From: Cetobacterium sp.
GTDB lineage: Bacteria; Fusobacteriota; Fusobacteriia; Fusobacteriales; Fusobacteriaceae
DNA length: 64,000 nucleotides
Assembly (NCBI GenBank): GCA_036667395.1
Contig: JAVWUC010000005.1
Coordinates: 1,870 to 65,869, forward strand
Direction of reading: 5' to 3'
The translations under genes and the position numbers were made by a program. The notes below the pieces were generated by a model. It worked only from the letters and a program-made list of their open reading frames with translations. It had not been told where the DNA came from and did no database searches. Positions 39,898-49,500 of this stretch are shown piece after piece. Position 1 is the stretch's first letter. Every line of letters starts with the position of its first letter.

Positions 39898-41169
39898 ATG
39901 CTAGATTTAAGATTTATTCGTGAAAACATTGACGCATTACAAGAGATGCTTGTAAACAGAGGAAGTAACATTGACCTTCAGGAGTTTGTAAAACTTGATT
40001 CGGAAAGAAGAGAGATTTTAACTGAAGTAGAGATGCTAAAAAATAAAAGAAATACTGAGTCCGCAGAAGTGGCAAGAAGAAAGAAAGCAGGAGAAGATGC
40101 TTCTGAAATTATAGCTGAAATGGGAATCGTTTCTGCAAAAATAAAAGAGTTAGATGCAAAACTGTCTGAAGTAGAAGAAAAAGTGACTTACTTCCAAATG
40201 ACTTTACCAAATATGTATCATTCAAGTACTCCAATCGGAAAAGATGAGGATGATAACGTAGAGATAAGAAGATGGGGAACACCTAAGGAATTTTCTTTCC
40301 AACCAAAAGAGCATTGGGAGATTGGTGAAAATCTAGAAATTTTAGATTTTGAAAGAGGAGCTAAATTAGGAGGATCAAGATTCACAATATACAGAGGAGC
40401 TGCTGCAAGATTAGAGAGAGCTTTAATCAGCTTCATGCTTGATACTCATACAACAGAGCATGGATATACAGAGCACTTAACACCATTTATTGTAAGAAGA
40501 GAAATCTGTGAAGGAACAGGGCAACTTCCTAAGTTCGAAGAAGATATGTATAAAACTACAGATGATATGTTCTTAATCTCAACTTCTGAAATTACACTAA
40601 CAAACATTCATAGACAAGAGATTCTAAATGAAAGTGACTTACCTAAGTACTATACAGCTTACTCACCTTGTTTTAGAAGAGAAGCAGGGTCTTACGGAAG
40701 AGATTTAAAAGGATTAATAAGACAGCACCAATTTAATAAAGTAGAGATGGTAAAATTAGCAACACCAGAAACATCATATGATGAATTAGAGAAAATGGTT
40801 GTAAACGCAGAAACAATTTTACAAAAGTTAGGATTACCATATAGAGTTATCCAACTTTGCTCAGGAGATATGGGATTTGGAGCTGCTAAAACTTACGACT
40901 TAGAAGTTTGGTTACCAGGGCAAAACAAATTTAGAGAAATATCTTCTTGTTCAAACTGTGGAGATTTCCAAGCTAGAAGAATGGGACTTAAATATAGACC
41001 AGAAGGAAGTTCAAAGAGTGAGTTCTGCCATACATTAAATGGATCAGGATTAGCTGTAGGAAGAACATTATTAGCAATTATGGAAAACTACCAACAAGAG
41101 GATGGGTCTTTCTTAATACCAGAAGCATTAGTACCTTATATGGGTGGAATGACAGTTGTTAAAAAGTAG
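39898..41169 (+). CDS. serS: Serine--tRNA ligase
   Basis: N-terminal coiled-coil arm and class II motifs ([16 protein letters not shown]). 423 aa. Confidence 0.95.
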   Translation: MLDLRFIRENIDALQEMLVNRGSNIDLQEFVKLDSERREILTEVEMLKNKRNTESAEVARRKKAGEDASEIIAEMGIVSAKIKELDAKLSEVEEKVTYFQMTLPNMYHSSTPIGKDEDDNVEIRRWGTPKEFSFQPKEHWEIGENLEILDFERGAKLGGSRFTIYRGAAARLERALISFMLDTHTTEHGYTEHLTPFIVRREICEGTGQLPKFEEDMYKTTDDMFLISTSEITLTNIHRQEILNESDLPKYYTAYSPCFRREAGSYGRDLKGLIRQHQFNKVEMVKLATPETSYDELEKMVVNAETILQKLGLPYRVIQLCSGDMGFGAAKTYDLEVWLPGQNKFREISSCSNCGDFQARRMGLKYRPEGSSKSEFCHTLNGSGLAVGRTLLAIMENYQQEDGSFLIPEALVPYMGGMTVVKK

Positions 41170-41626
41170 TATTTTAATCCTGTTCATTCTAAACCTTTTC
41201 ACAAAGGATATGAGATTATTAGGATTATTACTTGTAGTCAGCCTAAGCTTGAACATTTTTCTAAATAAAGATATACTGAAAAATATAAAAAAATTAAAAT
41301 TTTTAATATTTATATATTTAACGACATTTTTAGCTCAAATTTATTACCATCAAGAGGGTGAAGTTTTATTTAAAATCTTTAATATCTATGTGACAAAAGG
41401 TGGAATTTTAAATTTTGCATCAAGTTTTTTAAGAATAATAAACTTGATTATATTATCTTGGTTGGTCAATACTCAAAAGCTTCTACCTAAGAGCTTATCT
41501 GCGTATCAACAAATAATTGAGGATGTCATTGAACTTATTCCAGAGGTTTTTAAAATTTTCAAAAGTAAAAGAAAAATAAAATGGTTTTTTAGATATATTT
41601 TAAGTCAAATAAAGATAAAAAACTAA
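41156..41626 (+). CDS. Hypothetical small membrane protein (weak CbiQ/EcfT-like resemblance); start uncertain
   Basis: The ORF begins at a TTG inside the serS 3' end. The first ATG is at about 41210 ([10 protein letters not shown]). It is hydrophobic, and the segment [29 protein letters not shown] loosely resembles the T-component core. Very AT-rich. Confidence 0.35.
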   Translation: MLKSSILILFILNLFTKDMRLLGLLLVVSLSLNIFLNKDILKNIKKLKFLIFIYLTTFLAQIYYHQEGEVLFKIFNIYVTKGGILNFASSFLRIINLIILSWLVNTQKLLPKSLSAYQQIIEDVIELIPEVFKIFKSKRKIKWFFRYILSQIKIKN

Positions 41627-41638
41627 TAGTTTCAAGAA

Positions 41639-41667
41639 TTGCTTTTAACAATAAAATTTGATATATT
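41639..41667 (+). promoter_or_regulatory. Sigma70-like promoter for fba (TTGCTT-17 nt-TATATT)
   Basis: TTGCTT at 41639-41644 and TATATT at 41662-41667 with a 17-nt spacer. Confidence 0.6.
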
Positions 41668-41698
41668 ATATATAAATAAAAATATTAGGAGGAAAGTC

Positions 41699-42676
41699 AT
41701 GTCATATAATTACAAAGAATTAGGATTATCTAATACTAGAGAGATGTTCATAAAAGCTAATAAGGAGCATTATGCAGTTCCAGCATTTAACTTCAATAAT
41801 ATGGAGCAAATGTTAGCAATCGTAGAAGCTTGTGCTGAAATGGGTTCACCAGTTATACTACAATGTTCAACAGGGGCATTAAAGTATATGACAAAAGAGG
41901 TTACTCCACTATTAGCAAAGGCTGCTGTAGACAGAGCTAGAGCAATGGGATCAGATATTCCAGTTGCACTTCACTTAGATCATGGACCAAACTTAGAAGC
42001 AGTAAAAACTTGTATTGATGCAGGGTTCTCATCTGTTATGATCGATGGTTCTCACTATTCATTTGATGAAAATATAGCTGTAACAAAAGAAGTTGTAGAG
42101 TATGCTAAACAATTTGACGTAACTGTTGAGGCTGAATTAGGAGTTCTAGCAGGAGTAGAAGATGATGTAGTAGCTGAGCACAGCATATTTACAAATCCAG
42201 AAGAGGTTGAAGAGTTCGTAGCAAAAACAGGAGTAGATTCATTAGCAATAGCTATTGGAACATCTCATGGAGCTCATAAATTCAAGCCAGGAACAAATCC
42301 AAAATTAGAGCTTGATGTATTAGCAGAAATTGAAAGAAGACTTCCAGGATTCCCAATTGTTTTACACGGATCATCAGCTGTACCTCAAAAATATGTTGAG
42401 GAAATTAAAGAGTTTGGTGGACAATTAAAAGATGCTATTGGAATTCCAGATTCAGAATTACATGGAGCAGCTAAATCAGGTGTTGCAAAAATTAACGTAG
42501 ATACTGATGGAAGATTAGCATTTACAGCAGGAGTAAGAAGAGTATTCGCTCAAAATCCAGCTGAGTTTGACCCAAGAAAATACTTAGGTGTTGCAAAAGA
42601 AGAGATGAAATCTTACTACAAAGAGAAAATTAAAAATGTATTTGGATCAGTTAATGCTTATAAAGCAGCAAAATAA
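41699..42676 (+). CDS. fba: Class II fructose-1,6-bisphosphate aldolase
   Basis: The start at ATG 41699 follows AGGAGG. Motifs: AVPAFNFNN, LHLDHG, GTSHGAHKF, VLHGSS. Confidence 0.9.
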   Translation: MSYNYKELGLSNTREMFIKANKEHYAVPAFNFNNMEQMLAIVEACAEMGSPVILQCSTGALKYMTKEVTPLLAKAAVDRARAMGSDIPVALHLDHGPNLEAVKTCIDAGFSSVMIDGSHYSFDENIAVTKEVVEYAKQFDVTVEAELGVLAGVEDDVVAEHSIFTNPEEVEEFVAKTGVDSLAIAIGTSHGAHKFKPGTNPKLELDVLAEIERRLPGFPIVLHGSSAVPQKYVEEIKEFGGQLKDAIGIPDSELHGAAKSGVAKINVDTDGRLAFTAGVRRVFAQNPAEFDPRKYLGVAKEEMKSYYKEKIKNVFGSVNAYKAAK

Positions 42677-42684
42677 TAGATTTT

Positions 42685-42712
42685 AAAGAGACTCGGTGAG
42701 TCTCTTTTTTTA
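42685..42712 (+). terminator. Intrinsic terminator after fba
   Basis: GAGACTC / GAGTCTC stem followed by T7. Confidence 0.8.
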
Positions 42713-42795
42713 TTTAACCTTAAAAAAGCTATTGATTTTTTTAATAAAATATAGTAATAAAGTACAGTGAAATTAAAAAAACAGGGAGGTAAAAA

Positions 42796-43308
42796 ATGGC
42801 ATGCAACAATAGTTTTAAAGATGAAATGTACGAAGAGTTAAAAAAATTTATAAAAGATATAGATGTAGAAGAGAAACAAGGCGCTCTAATATCTGTACTG
42901 CATAAAGGACAAGAAATTTTTGGTTATTTACCACAAGAGATACAGGAATTTATAGCTAAAGAATTGGATCTTCCAGTAGCTAAAGTTTATGGAGTTGTAA
43001 GTTTTTATCATTTTTTCTCAATGAAACCTAAAGGGAAGTATCCTATCTCAGTTTGTATGGGTACAGCGTGTTATGTTAGAGGGGCTGAAAAAGTTTTAAA
43101 TAGTATTAAAAACTATTTAGGAATAGATGTAGGTGAGACAACAGAGGATGGATTATTTTCTATTGATGCACTGAGATGTGTTGGAGCATGTGGTCTTGCT
43201 CCGGTAGTTTTAATTGGAAAAGATGTATATGGAAAAGAAAATGTAAAAGATATGAAAACCATTTTAGAAAAATATCGTAAAGCAAATGAGCACGGGGAAA
43301 AGAACTAA
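42796..43308 (+). CDS. hydC: [FeFe]-hydrogenase NuoE-like [2Fe-2S] subunit (HydC/HndA type)
   Basis: 170 aa thioredoxin-like ferredoxin with CMGTACYVRG ... CVGACGLAP cysteines, as in NuoE. Confidence 0.85.
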   Translation: MACNNSFKDEMYEELKKFIKDIDVEEKQGALISVLHKGQEIFGYLPQEIQEFIAKELDLPVAKVYGVVSFYHFFSMKPKGKYPISVCMGTACYVRGAEKVLNSIKNYLGIDVGETTEDGLFSIDALRCVGACGLAPVVLIGKDVYGKENVKDMKTILEKYRKANEHGEKN

Positions 43309-43346
43309 ATATTATAACTCAGTAAGAGTAGTTTAGGAGGCTAAAT

Positions 43347-45134
43347 ATGAAAGAGAAAAAAAAGATACTTGTTTGTGGTGGTACGGGGTGTATTTCAGCA
43401 AAAGGAGAAGAGATTGTAAAAAACTTAAGAAAAGTTTTGAAACAACAAAACTTAGAAAAGGATGTTGAAGTTATACAAACAGGTTGTTTTGGATTTTGTG
43501 AAAAGGGGCCGATAGTAAAGATATTACCAGAAAATACTTTTTATATAGAAGTAAAACCAGAAGATGCTGAAAGAATTATAGTGGAAGATATTATAAGTGA
43601 AAAAAGAATTGTGGATCTTTTGTATGTAGACCCAAGAACAGGTGAAAGTGTTTTTGAAGGTGAAAACATGGAGTTCTATAAAAAACAGGTAAGAGTCGCT
43701 TTGAAAAATTGTGGGGAAATAGATCCAGAATTGATAGAGCATTATATAGCCGCTAATGGGTATGCAGCTTTAAAAAAAGTTTTAACAACAATGACGCCAG
43801 TAGATGTAGTTAAAATTATAAAAGAAGCCGGTCTTAGAGGAAGGGGTGGCGGAGGTTATTCAACCGGTTTAAAATGGGAATATGCCGCTAAAAATATTGC
43901 GGATCAAAAATATGTAGTTTGTAATGCTGATGAAGGAGATCCAGGAGCATTCATGGATAGATCTATTCTTGAGGGAGATCCGCATAATGTGATTGAAGGG
44001 ATGGTTATAGCCGGATACGCAATAGGTGCTAGTAAAGGTCTAGTTTATATAAGAGCTGAATACCCTTTAGCAATTAAAAGATTAAGAAAAGCGATAGAGG
44101 ATGCTAGAAAAAATGGGATGTTAGGGGAAAAAATATTTGGAAGCAAGTTTAATTTTGATATAGAAATAAAATATGGAGCTGGAGCTTTTGTTTGTGGAGA
44201 GGAAACAGCTTTAATTCATTCGATGGAAGGAAATAGAGGAGAACCTACTTCAAAGCCTCCGTATCCTGCAGAGTCTGGATATTGGGGAAAACCTACAATT
44301 GTTAATAACGTAGAGACATTAGCGAATATATCACAGATAATATTAAAAGGAACAGAGTGGTTCAGAAGCATAGGGACTAAAAATTCTCCAGGAACAAAAG
44401 TGTTTGCTTTGGCAGGAAAGATAAACAATGTAGGACTTGTAGAAGTTCCAATGGGAACAACTTTAAGAGAGGTAATATTTGAAATTGGTGGTGGGATAAA
44501 AAATAATAAAAAGTTTAAAGCTGTTCAGACAGGAGGACCATCAGGTGGGTGTTTAACTGAAAAAGATTTGGATACTCCAATAGACTTTGATACTTTACTA
44601 GCAAAGGGTTCTATGATGGGGTCTGGTGGAATGATTGTAATGGATGAAGATGATTGCATGGTTGGTGTATCTAAATTTTATTTAGAATTTACGGTAGATG
44701 AGTCATGTGGAAAATGTTCACCATGCAGAATTGGAAATACAAGATTATGGGAAATATTAGATAAAATAACAAAAGGAAATGGAGAGATAGGGGATATTAA
44801 ATTACTAAAAGAACTTTCAGAAACAATAAAATCCACAGCTCTTTGTGGACTGGGACAAACATCTCCTAACCCAGTACTCTCGACTTTAAATCAATTTATG
44901 GATGAATATTTAGAGCATATAAATGAAGGGAAATGTAGAGCTGGGCAATGTCAAGCTTTAAGAAAATATTTGATAAATGATAAATGTGTTGGATGTACAG
45001 CATGTGCTAGAGCATGTCCTGTTGCATGTATTGAAGGAAAAGTTAAAGAGAGACATGTTATAGATCAAAGTAGATGTATCAAATGTGGAGCTTGTTATAG
45101 TTCTTGTAAATTTGGTGCAATAGATATAGCATAA
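43347..45134 (+). CDS. hydB: [FeFe]-hydrogenase NuoF-like flavoprotein subunit (HydB/HndC type)
   Basis: N-terminal extra [2Fe-2S]-like domain, GRGGGGYSTGLKW FMN/NADH motif, ESCGKCSPCR cluster motif, and two C-terminal CxxCxxCxxxCP ferredoxin motifs. Confidence 0.9.
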   Translation: MKEKKKILVCGGTGCISAKGEEIVKNLRKVLKQQNLEKDVEVIQTGCFGFCEKGPIVKILPENTFYIEVKPEDAERIIVEDIISEKRIVDLLYVDPRTGESVFEGENMEFYKKQVRVALKNCGEIDPELIEHYIAANGYAALKKVLTTMTPVDVVKIIKEAGLRGRGGGGYSTGLKWEYAAKNIADQKYVVCNADEGDPGAFMDRSILEGDPHNVIEGMVIAGYAIGASKGLVYIRAEYPLAIKRLRKAIEDARKNGMLGEKIFGSKFNFDIEIKYGAGAFVCGEETALIHSMEGNRGEPTSKPPYPAESGYWGKPTIVNNVETLANISQIILKGTEWFRSIGTKNSPGTKVFALAGKINNVGLVEVPMGTTLREVIFEIGGGIKNNKKFKAVQTGGPSGGCLTEKDLDTPIDFDTLLAKGSMMGSGGMIVMDEDDCMVGVSKFYLEFTVDESCGKCSPCRIGNTRLWEILDKITKGNGEIGDIKLLKELSETIKSTALCGLGQTSPNPVLSTLNQFMDEYLEHINEGKCRAGQCQALRKYLINDKCVGCTACARACPVACIEGKVKERHVIDQSRCIKCGACYSSCKFGAIDIA

Positions 45135-45146
45135 TGGAGGTATAAG

Positions 45147-46895
45147 ATGAGAAATGTTATAGTTATAATAGATGGAAAAGAAGTAGAAGCTCAGGCTGGA
45201 ACGACTATATTAGAAGCTGCGAAATCTGCAGGTATAAGAATACCAAGTTTATGCTATATGAATATACCAGAGATTGGCTTTAAAAATGACTGTGCATCTT
45301 GTAGAATTTGTGTGGTTGAAGTTGTAGGAAGAAGAAATCTTGTTCCAGCATGTGCAACTATGGTTTCTCCAGGAATGATTATTAACACAAATACAATGGA
45401 AGTTTTAGAAAAGAGAAGAAATGTTTTAGAATTAATGCTATCAAATCACCCAACGGATTGTTTGATTTGTGCAAAGAATGGAAAATGTGATTTACAGACT
45501 TTAGCAATGGAATTTGGAATTAGAGATATAAGATTTAAAGGTAAGATTTTTGAGTATAGAAGAGAAGTTTCACCCTCTATAGTAAGAGATTTAGATAAAT
45601 GTATAATGTGTAGAAGATGTGAAAATATGTGTAACAACATTCAAAAATGCCAAGTATTATCTGGAATAAATAGAGGATTTAAATCAGTTGTATCCACAGC
45701 ATTTGAATCAGATTTAGATAAAACTAATTGTACATTCTGTGGACAGTGTGTGGCTGTATGTCCAGTTGGAGCTCTTTATGAAAAAGATTATACATGGGGG
45801 CTTATAAAAGATTTAGCAAATCCGAGAAAAAGAGTTACAGTACAGGTTGCACCAGCAGTAAGAGTTGCAATAGGAGAAGAGTTTGGACTTGAGCCAGGAA
45901 CAGATGTTACAGGGAAGATAGTGACAGCTCTAAAAAAGATAGGATTTGATGATGTTTTTGATACTAACTATGCAGCAGATTTAACTATTATGGAAGAGGC
46001 TGCAGAATTTAAATTAAGGCTTGAAAAACATTTAACAGGAGACAAAAGTGTAAAATTACCAATTCTTACATCATGTTGTCCAGCTTGGGTTAAGTTTATT
46101 GAGCACCATTATCCAGATATGCTTGACATACCATCTTCAGCTAAATCACCACAGCAGATGTTCGGAGCTGTTTTAAAGAATATCTGGGGGCCTGCTAGAG
46201 GTATAAAAAGGGATGAGATAATAAATGTTTCGATAATGCCTTGTTTAGCAAAAAAATATGAATCGTCAAGACCAGAGTTTTCTGTAGATGGAATACCAGA
46301 TGTAGATTACTCAATTTCTACAAGAGAGTTAGCCCATTTGTTAAAACAATCAAATATAGATTTAAAAGATTTAGAAGACAGTGATTTTGATAATCCATTG
46401 GGATATTCTACAGGAGCAGCAGTAATTTTTGGAAAATCTGGTGGAGTAATAGAGGCTGCAACAAGAACTTTATATGAGTGGATGACTAGTGAAACTTTAG
46501 AAAAAGTTGATTTTGAAGATATGAGAGGAATGGAAGGAATAAAAATTAGTGAGGTTCAAGTTGGAGATATAAAAGTTAGAATAGGAATAGCTAATGGATT
46601 ATCTGCAGCTAGAGAGATTTTAGATAAAGTTAGAAAAGGTGAAGAGTTTTTCCATGCAATAGAAATAATGGCTTGTAAAGGCGGATGTGTAGGAGGGGGA
46701 GGTCAACCTTACCACCATGGAGAATTTATAAAGGTTATTAAAAGAGCTGAAGGACTTCAAAAAATAGATGAAGGAAAAAGATTTAGAAAATCTCATGAAA
46801 ATCCATATATTCAATCTCTGTATGAAAAATACTTAGAGCATCCATTAAGTTCGGAAGCACATAGAATATTACATACAAAATATTATTTTAAATAA
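45147..46895 (+). CDS. hydA: [FeFe]-hydrogenase catalytic subunit HydA (M3-type, group A)
   Basis: All three H-cluster signatures are present: TSCCPAW, MPCLAKKYE and EIMACKGGCVGGGGQP. The N-terminus has [2Fe-2S] plus [4Fe-4S] ferredoxin-like domains. Confidence 0.95.
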   Translation: MRNVIVIIDGKEVEAQAGTTILEAAKSAGIRIPSLCYMNIPEIGFKNDCASCRICVVEVVGRRNLVPACATMVSPGMIINTNTMEVLEKRRNVLELMLSNHPTDCLICAKNGKCDLQTLAMEFGIRDIRFKGKIFEYRREVSPSIVRDLDKCIMCRRCENMCNNIQKCQVLSGINRGFKSVVSTAFESDLDKTNCTFCGQCVAVCPVGALYEKDYTWGLIKDLANPRKRVTVQVAPAVRVAIGEEFGLEPGTDVTGKIVTALKKIGFDDVFDTNYAADLTIMEEAAEFKLRLEKHLTGDKSVKLPILTSCCPAWVKFIEHHYPDMLDIPSSAKSPQQMFGAVLKNIWGPARGIKRDEIINVSIMPCLAKKYESSRPEFSVDGIPDVDYSISTRELAHLLKQSNIDLKDLEDSDFDNPLGYSTGAAVIFGKSGGVIEAATRTLYEWMTSETLEKVDFEDMRGMEGIKISEVQVGDIKVRIGIANGLSAAREILDKVRKGEEFFHAIEIMACKGGCVGGGGQPYHHGEFIKVIKRAEGLQKIDEGKRFRKSHENPYIQSLYEKYLEHPLSSEAHRILHTKYYFK

Positions 46896-46913
46896 AAAGA
46901 GTATTAAAAAAAA

Positions 46914-46947
46914 ATAACAGTAGTCTATTACTACTGTTATTTTTTTA
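46914..46947 (+). terminator. Intrinsic terminator after hydA
   Basis: ATAACAGTAGT / ACTACTGTTAT 11-bp stem followed by T7. Confidence 0.85.
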
Positions 46948-47033
46948 TTGCCTTTAACTCTTTACAAAGGTAAGACAATGTAATATAATCTAGTGAAGAA
47001 TATTGAAAAAAAAGATAAACTTTTGGAGGGAAA

Positions 47034-48137
47034 ATGGTACAAGAAAATAGAATCGTAAAAAACTTCTTAGAGATGGTGAAAATTTCTTCACCTTCAAAAA
47101 ATGAAAGAGCAATTGGAGATTATTTAATAAATGTTTTAAAAGAGTTGGGATTAGAGGTAACAGAGGATAACGCAGGAGAAATTAATGGTGGAAATTGTGG
47201 AAATATAATTGGAGTTTTAAAGGCAGAGGGGAAGAAAAAATATCTATTTAGTGCACACATGGATACAGTAGTTCCTTGTGAAAAGATTAATCCAATAGTA
47301 GAAAATGGAATAATAAAGAGTGATGGAACATCTGTTTTAGGTGGAGATGATAAAGGTGGAATTGCAGCGATAATAGAGATGTTGCAAGTGATCAAAGAGA
47401 ATAAACTAGATCACCCTGAAATCGTTGTTGTATTTTCAATGGCTGAAGAGATTGGTCTTTTAGGTTCAAAAGCTTTTGAAATAGAAAAATATTCAATAGA
47501 TTATGGATTTATTTTGGATTCAAGTGGAAAACCAGGAAAAATTATAACAAAAGCTCCATCAGCAGCAAGAGGAAAATTAACGATAGTAGGGAAACCAGCT
47601 CATGCGGGAATCTCTCCAGAAAATGGAATAAATGCTTTAACTGTAGCAGCTCATGCAATTACAAAAATAAAATTAGGAAGAGTGGATGCAGAGACAACTT
47701 CAAATATAGGTGTTGTTAGTGGAGGACAAGCAACAAACATTGTTATGCCAACAGTTGAATTAGACTATGAGGCTAGAAGTCTTTCAAATGAGAAATTAAA
47801 TCTTTTATTAGAGGAAACATTTGAAATATTCGAAAAAGTTTGTAAAGAATTTGGAGCAACATTTGAGAATAAAGTGAATGTTGAATATCCAGGGTTTGCA
47901 TTAGATGACAATGAAAAAGTTATAGAAATTGTAATGGATGCTTGTAAAAAAATAGATTTAAAAGGAGAAACAGCTTCTTCAGGTGGTGGAAGTGATACAA
48001 ATATTTACAACAGCAAAGGAATACCTTCTGTAAACCTAGCAGTTGGAATGACTAAAGTACACACATTAGAAGAGTATATTGAGATAAAAGATTTAGTAGA
48101 CTTGTCAAAAATGTTAGTTGAAATTATAAAAGGTTAA
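47034..48137 (+). CDS. M20 family metallopeptidase (peptidase T-like tripeptidase)
   Basis: SAHMDTV metal-binding His/Asp, GGDDKGG, and the AEE(I)G catalytic Glu pair. 367 aa. Confidence 0.8.
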   Translation: MVQENRIVKNFLEMVKISSPSKNERAIGDYLINVLKELGLEVTEDNAGEINGGNCGNIIGVLKAEGKKKYLFSAHMDTVVPCEKINPIVENGIIKSDGTSVLGGDDKGGIAAIIEMLQVIKENKLDHPEIVVVFSMAEEIGLLGSKAFEIEKYSIDYGFILDSSGKPGKIITKAPSAARGKLTIVGKPAHAGISPENGINALTVAAHAITKIKLGRVDAETTSNIGVVSGGQATNIVMPTVELDYEARSLSNEKLNLLLEETFEIFEKVCKEFGATFENKVNVEYPGFALDDNEKVIEIVMDACKKIDLKGETASSGGGSDTNIYNSKGIPSVNLAVGMTKVHTLEEYIEIKDLVDLSKMLVEIIKG

Positions 48138-48139
48138 AA

Positions 48140-48946
48140 ATGAAGCCAGGAAAAAATAAGAAAAAGGTATTGAATATAGTATACATATTATTAGGTGTAA
48201 TGGTTGTAGTTTTTTTTGCAAGAGATGTTTTTATGTATACAATAAATGGGGTAGAAGAGTTACTTTATCCAATACAATCTAAAATATACTTTTTAGGAAA
48301 AAAAGCAAAAGAAAGTACAGAAAATGTTATTAACTATAAAGAGTTACTATCTGAAAATACTAAGTTAAAAAATACTTTAGTTGAAAAATCATTGTTAGAA
48401 GAAGAAAATGTTAAGTTGTTAGAAGAAAATAAAAGATTAAGAGATCTTTTACAAATGAAGGATTCGTTTACGTTCAAATTTAAAGTTGGAAAGTTAAGTT
48501 TTCAACAGACAAGAGAGTTATATGAAAGTTTTGCAATAAATTTGGGGACTGTAGACGGAATAGATAAAAATATGCCTGTTCTATTTAATGAAGCTCTAAT
48601 TGGAAAAGTTGAAAAGGTTTTTAAAGACTATTCAATTGTTCAAATGATAACTTTTCAAGACTCGGTAGTCAGTGCTACAGCAGGAGAAAATGTTTTAGGA
48701 ATAGTAAAAGGAAATAGGAGTGAAGAACTTATATTTGAGCCTGTATCAATTTATGAAGCTCAATTAGAAGCAGGAAGCAAGGTATATACATCTGGAATTA
48801 GTGATATCTATCCTAAAGGACTTTATATTGGTGAAATTTCTGAAGTTAGAAAAAAATATGAAAATAGTGTAGAATACGTTTTAAGATTACCATTTAATGT
48901 AATGGATATGAATGAAATAATTGTATTGACAGAGGTGGATAAATGA
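48140..48946 (+). CDS. mreC: Rod shape-determining protein MreC
   Basis: N-terminal TM helix, coiled-coil LLSENTKLKN...EENVKLLEENKRLRDLL, and a C-terminal beta-domain with the typical GISDIYPKGLYIGEI motif. Confidence 0.8.
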   Translation: MKPGKNKKKVLNIVYILLGVMVVVFFARDVFMYTINGVEELLYPIQSKIYFLGKKAKESTENVINYKELLSENTKLKNTLVEKSLLEEENVKLLEENKRLRDLLQMKDSFTFKFKVGKLSFQQTRELYESFAINLGTVDGIDKNMPVLFNEALIGKVEKVFKDYSIVQMITFQDSVVSATAGENVLGIVKGNRSEELIFEPVSIYEAQLEAGSKVYTSGISDIYPKGLYIGEISEVRKKYENSVEYVLRLPFNVMDMNEIIVLTEVDK

Positions 48947-49500
48947 TAAAAAATATATTAATATTTTTATTGACAACAATTTCTATATTTTCAGCACCAG
49001 CAAAGATATCTAATATAAAAGACATATATTCTTTAGTTAAAGAAGTGACTTATTTAAATGGAGAAAAAAAGGAAAAAACTTATAAAATAGAGTATATTTC
49101 TCCGGACTATTTGAGAAAAGAGATAATTTTACCGAATGTAAATAAAGGTGAAATATTTCAATATGAAAAAGGGGACGCAAAAGTATACATACCACTATTT
49201 GATGAAGTAGTAGAAGAAAAAAATTCAGATGATGTGAGTAACTTTTTATCAATTATTAAAGATTTAAAAAATAAAGATTTAAATGATAAAAATTTTATAG
49301 ATAATTATTATTTAAAAAAAATTAAGGAATTAAAATATAAAGATTCATATAAAATTAAGATAAAAAAATATGAAAAAATTAATGGTTTTCTTTTACCTGT
49401 TGAACTGGAAATTTTTGAAGACAATAGCAAGTTAGCTGAGTTAAAGCTACAAAATGTTCAAGTGAACAGTGGTATTAAAAGAAAGGAATTGAAAAAATGA
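48943..49500 (+). CDS. Secreted hypothetical protein (possible LolA/RseB-like fold)
   Basis: 185 aa with a signal peptide (ILIFLLTTISIFSAP). Lys-rich. ATGA overlaps with both mreC and recO. The fold guess is weak. Confidence 0.35.
   Translation: MIKNILIFLLTTISIFSAPAKISNIKDIYSLVKEVTYLNGEKKEKTYKIEYISPDYLRKEIILPNVNKGEIFQYEKGDAKVYIPLFDEVVEEKNSDDVSNFLSIIKDLKNKDLNDKNFIDNYYLKKIKELKYKDSYKIKIKKYEKINGFLLPVELEIFEDNSKLAELKLQNVQVNSGIKRKELKK

Noticed and set aside
42677-42795. A Rex operator upstream of the hydrogenase operon.
   Set aside because: No TTGTGAAnnnnTTCACAA or TTGTTAAnnnnTTAACAA-like inverted repeat is visible. Only a lone GTGAAA half-site-like string is present (about 42766-42771). This would need a matrix scan to settle.
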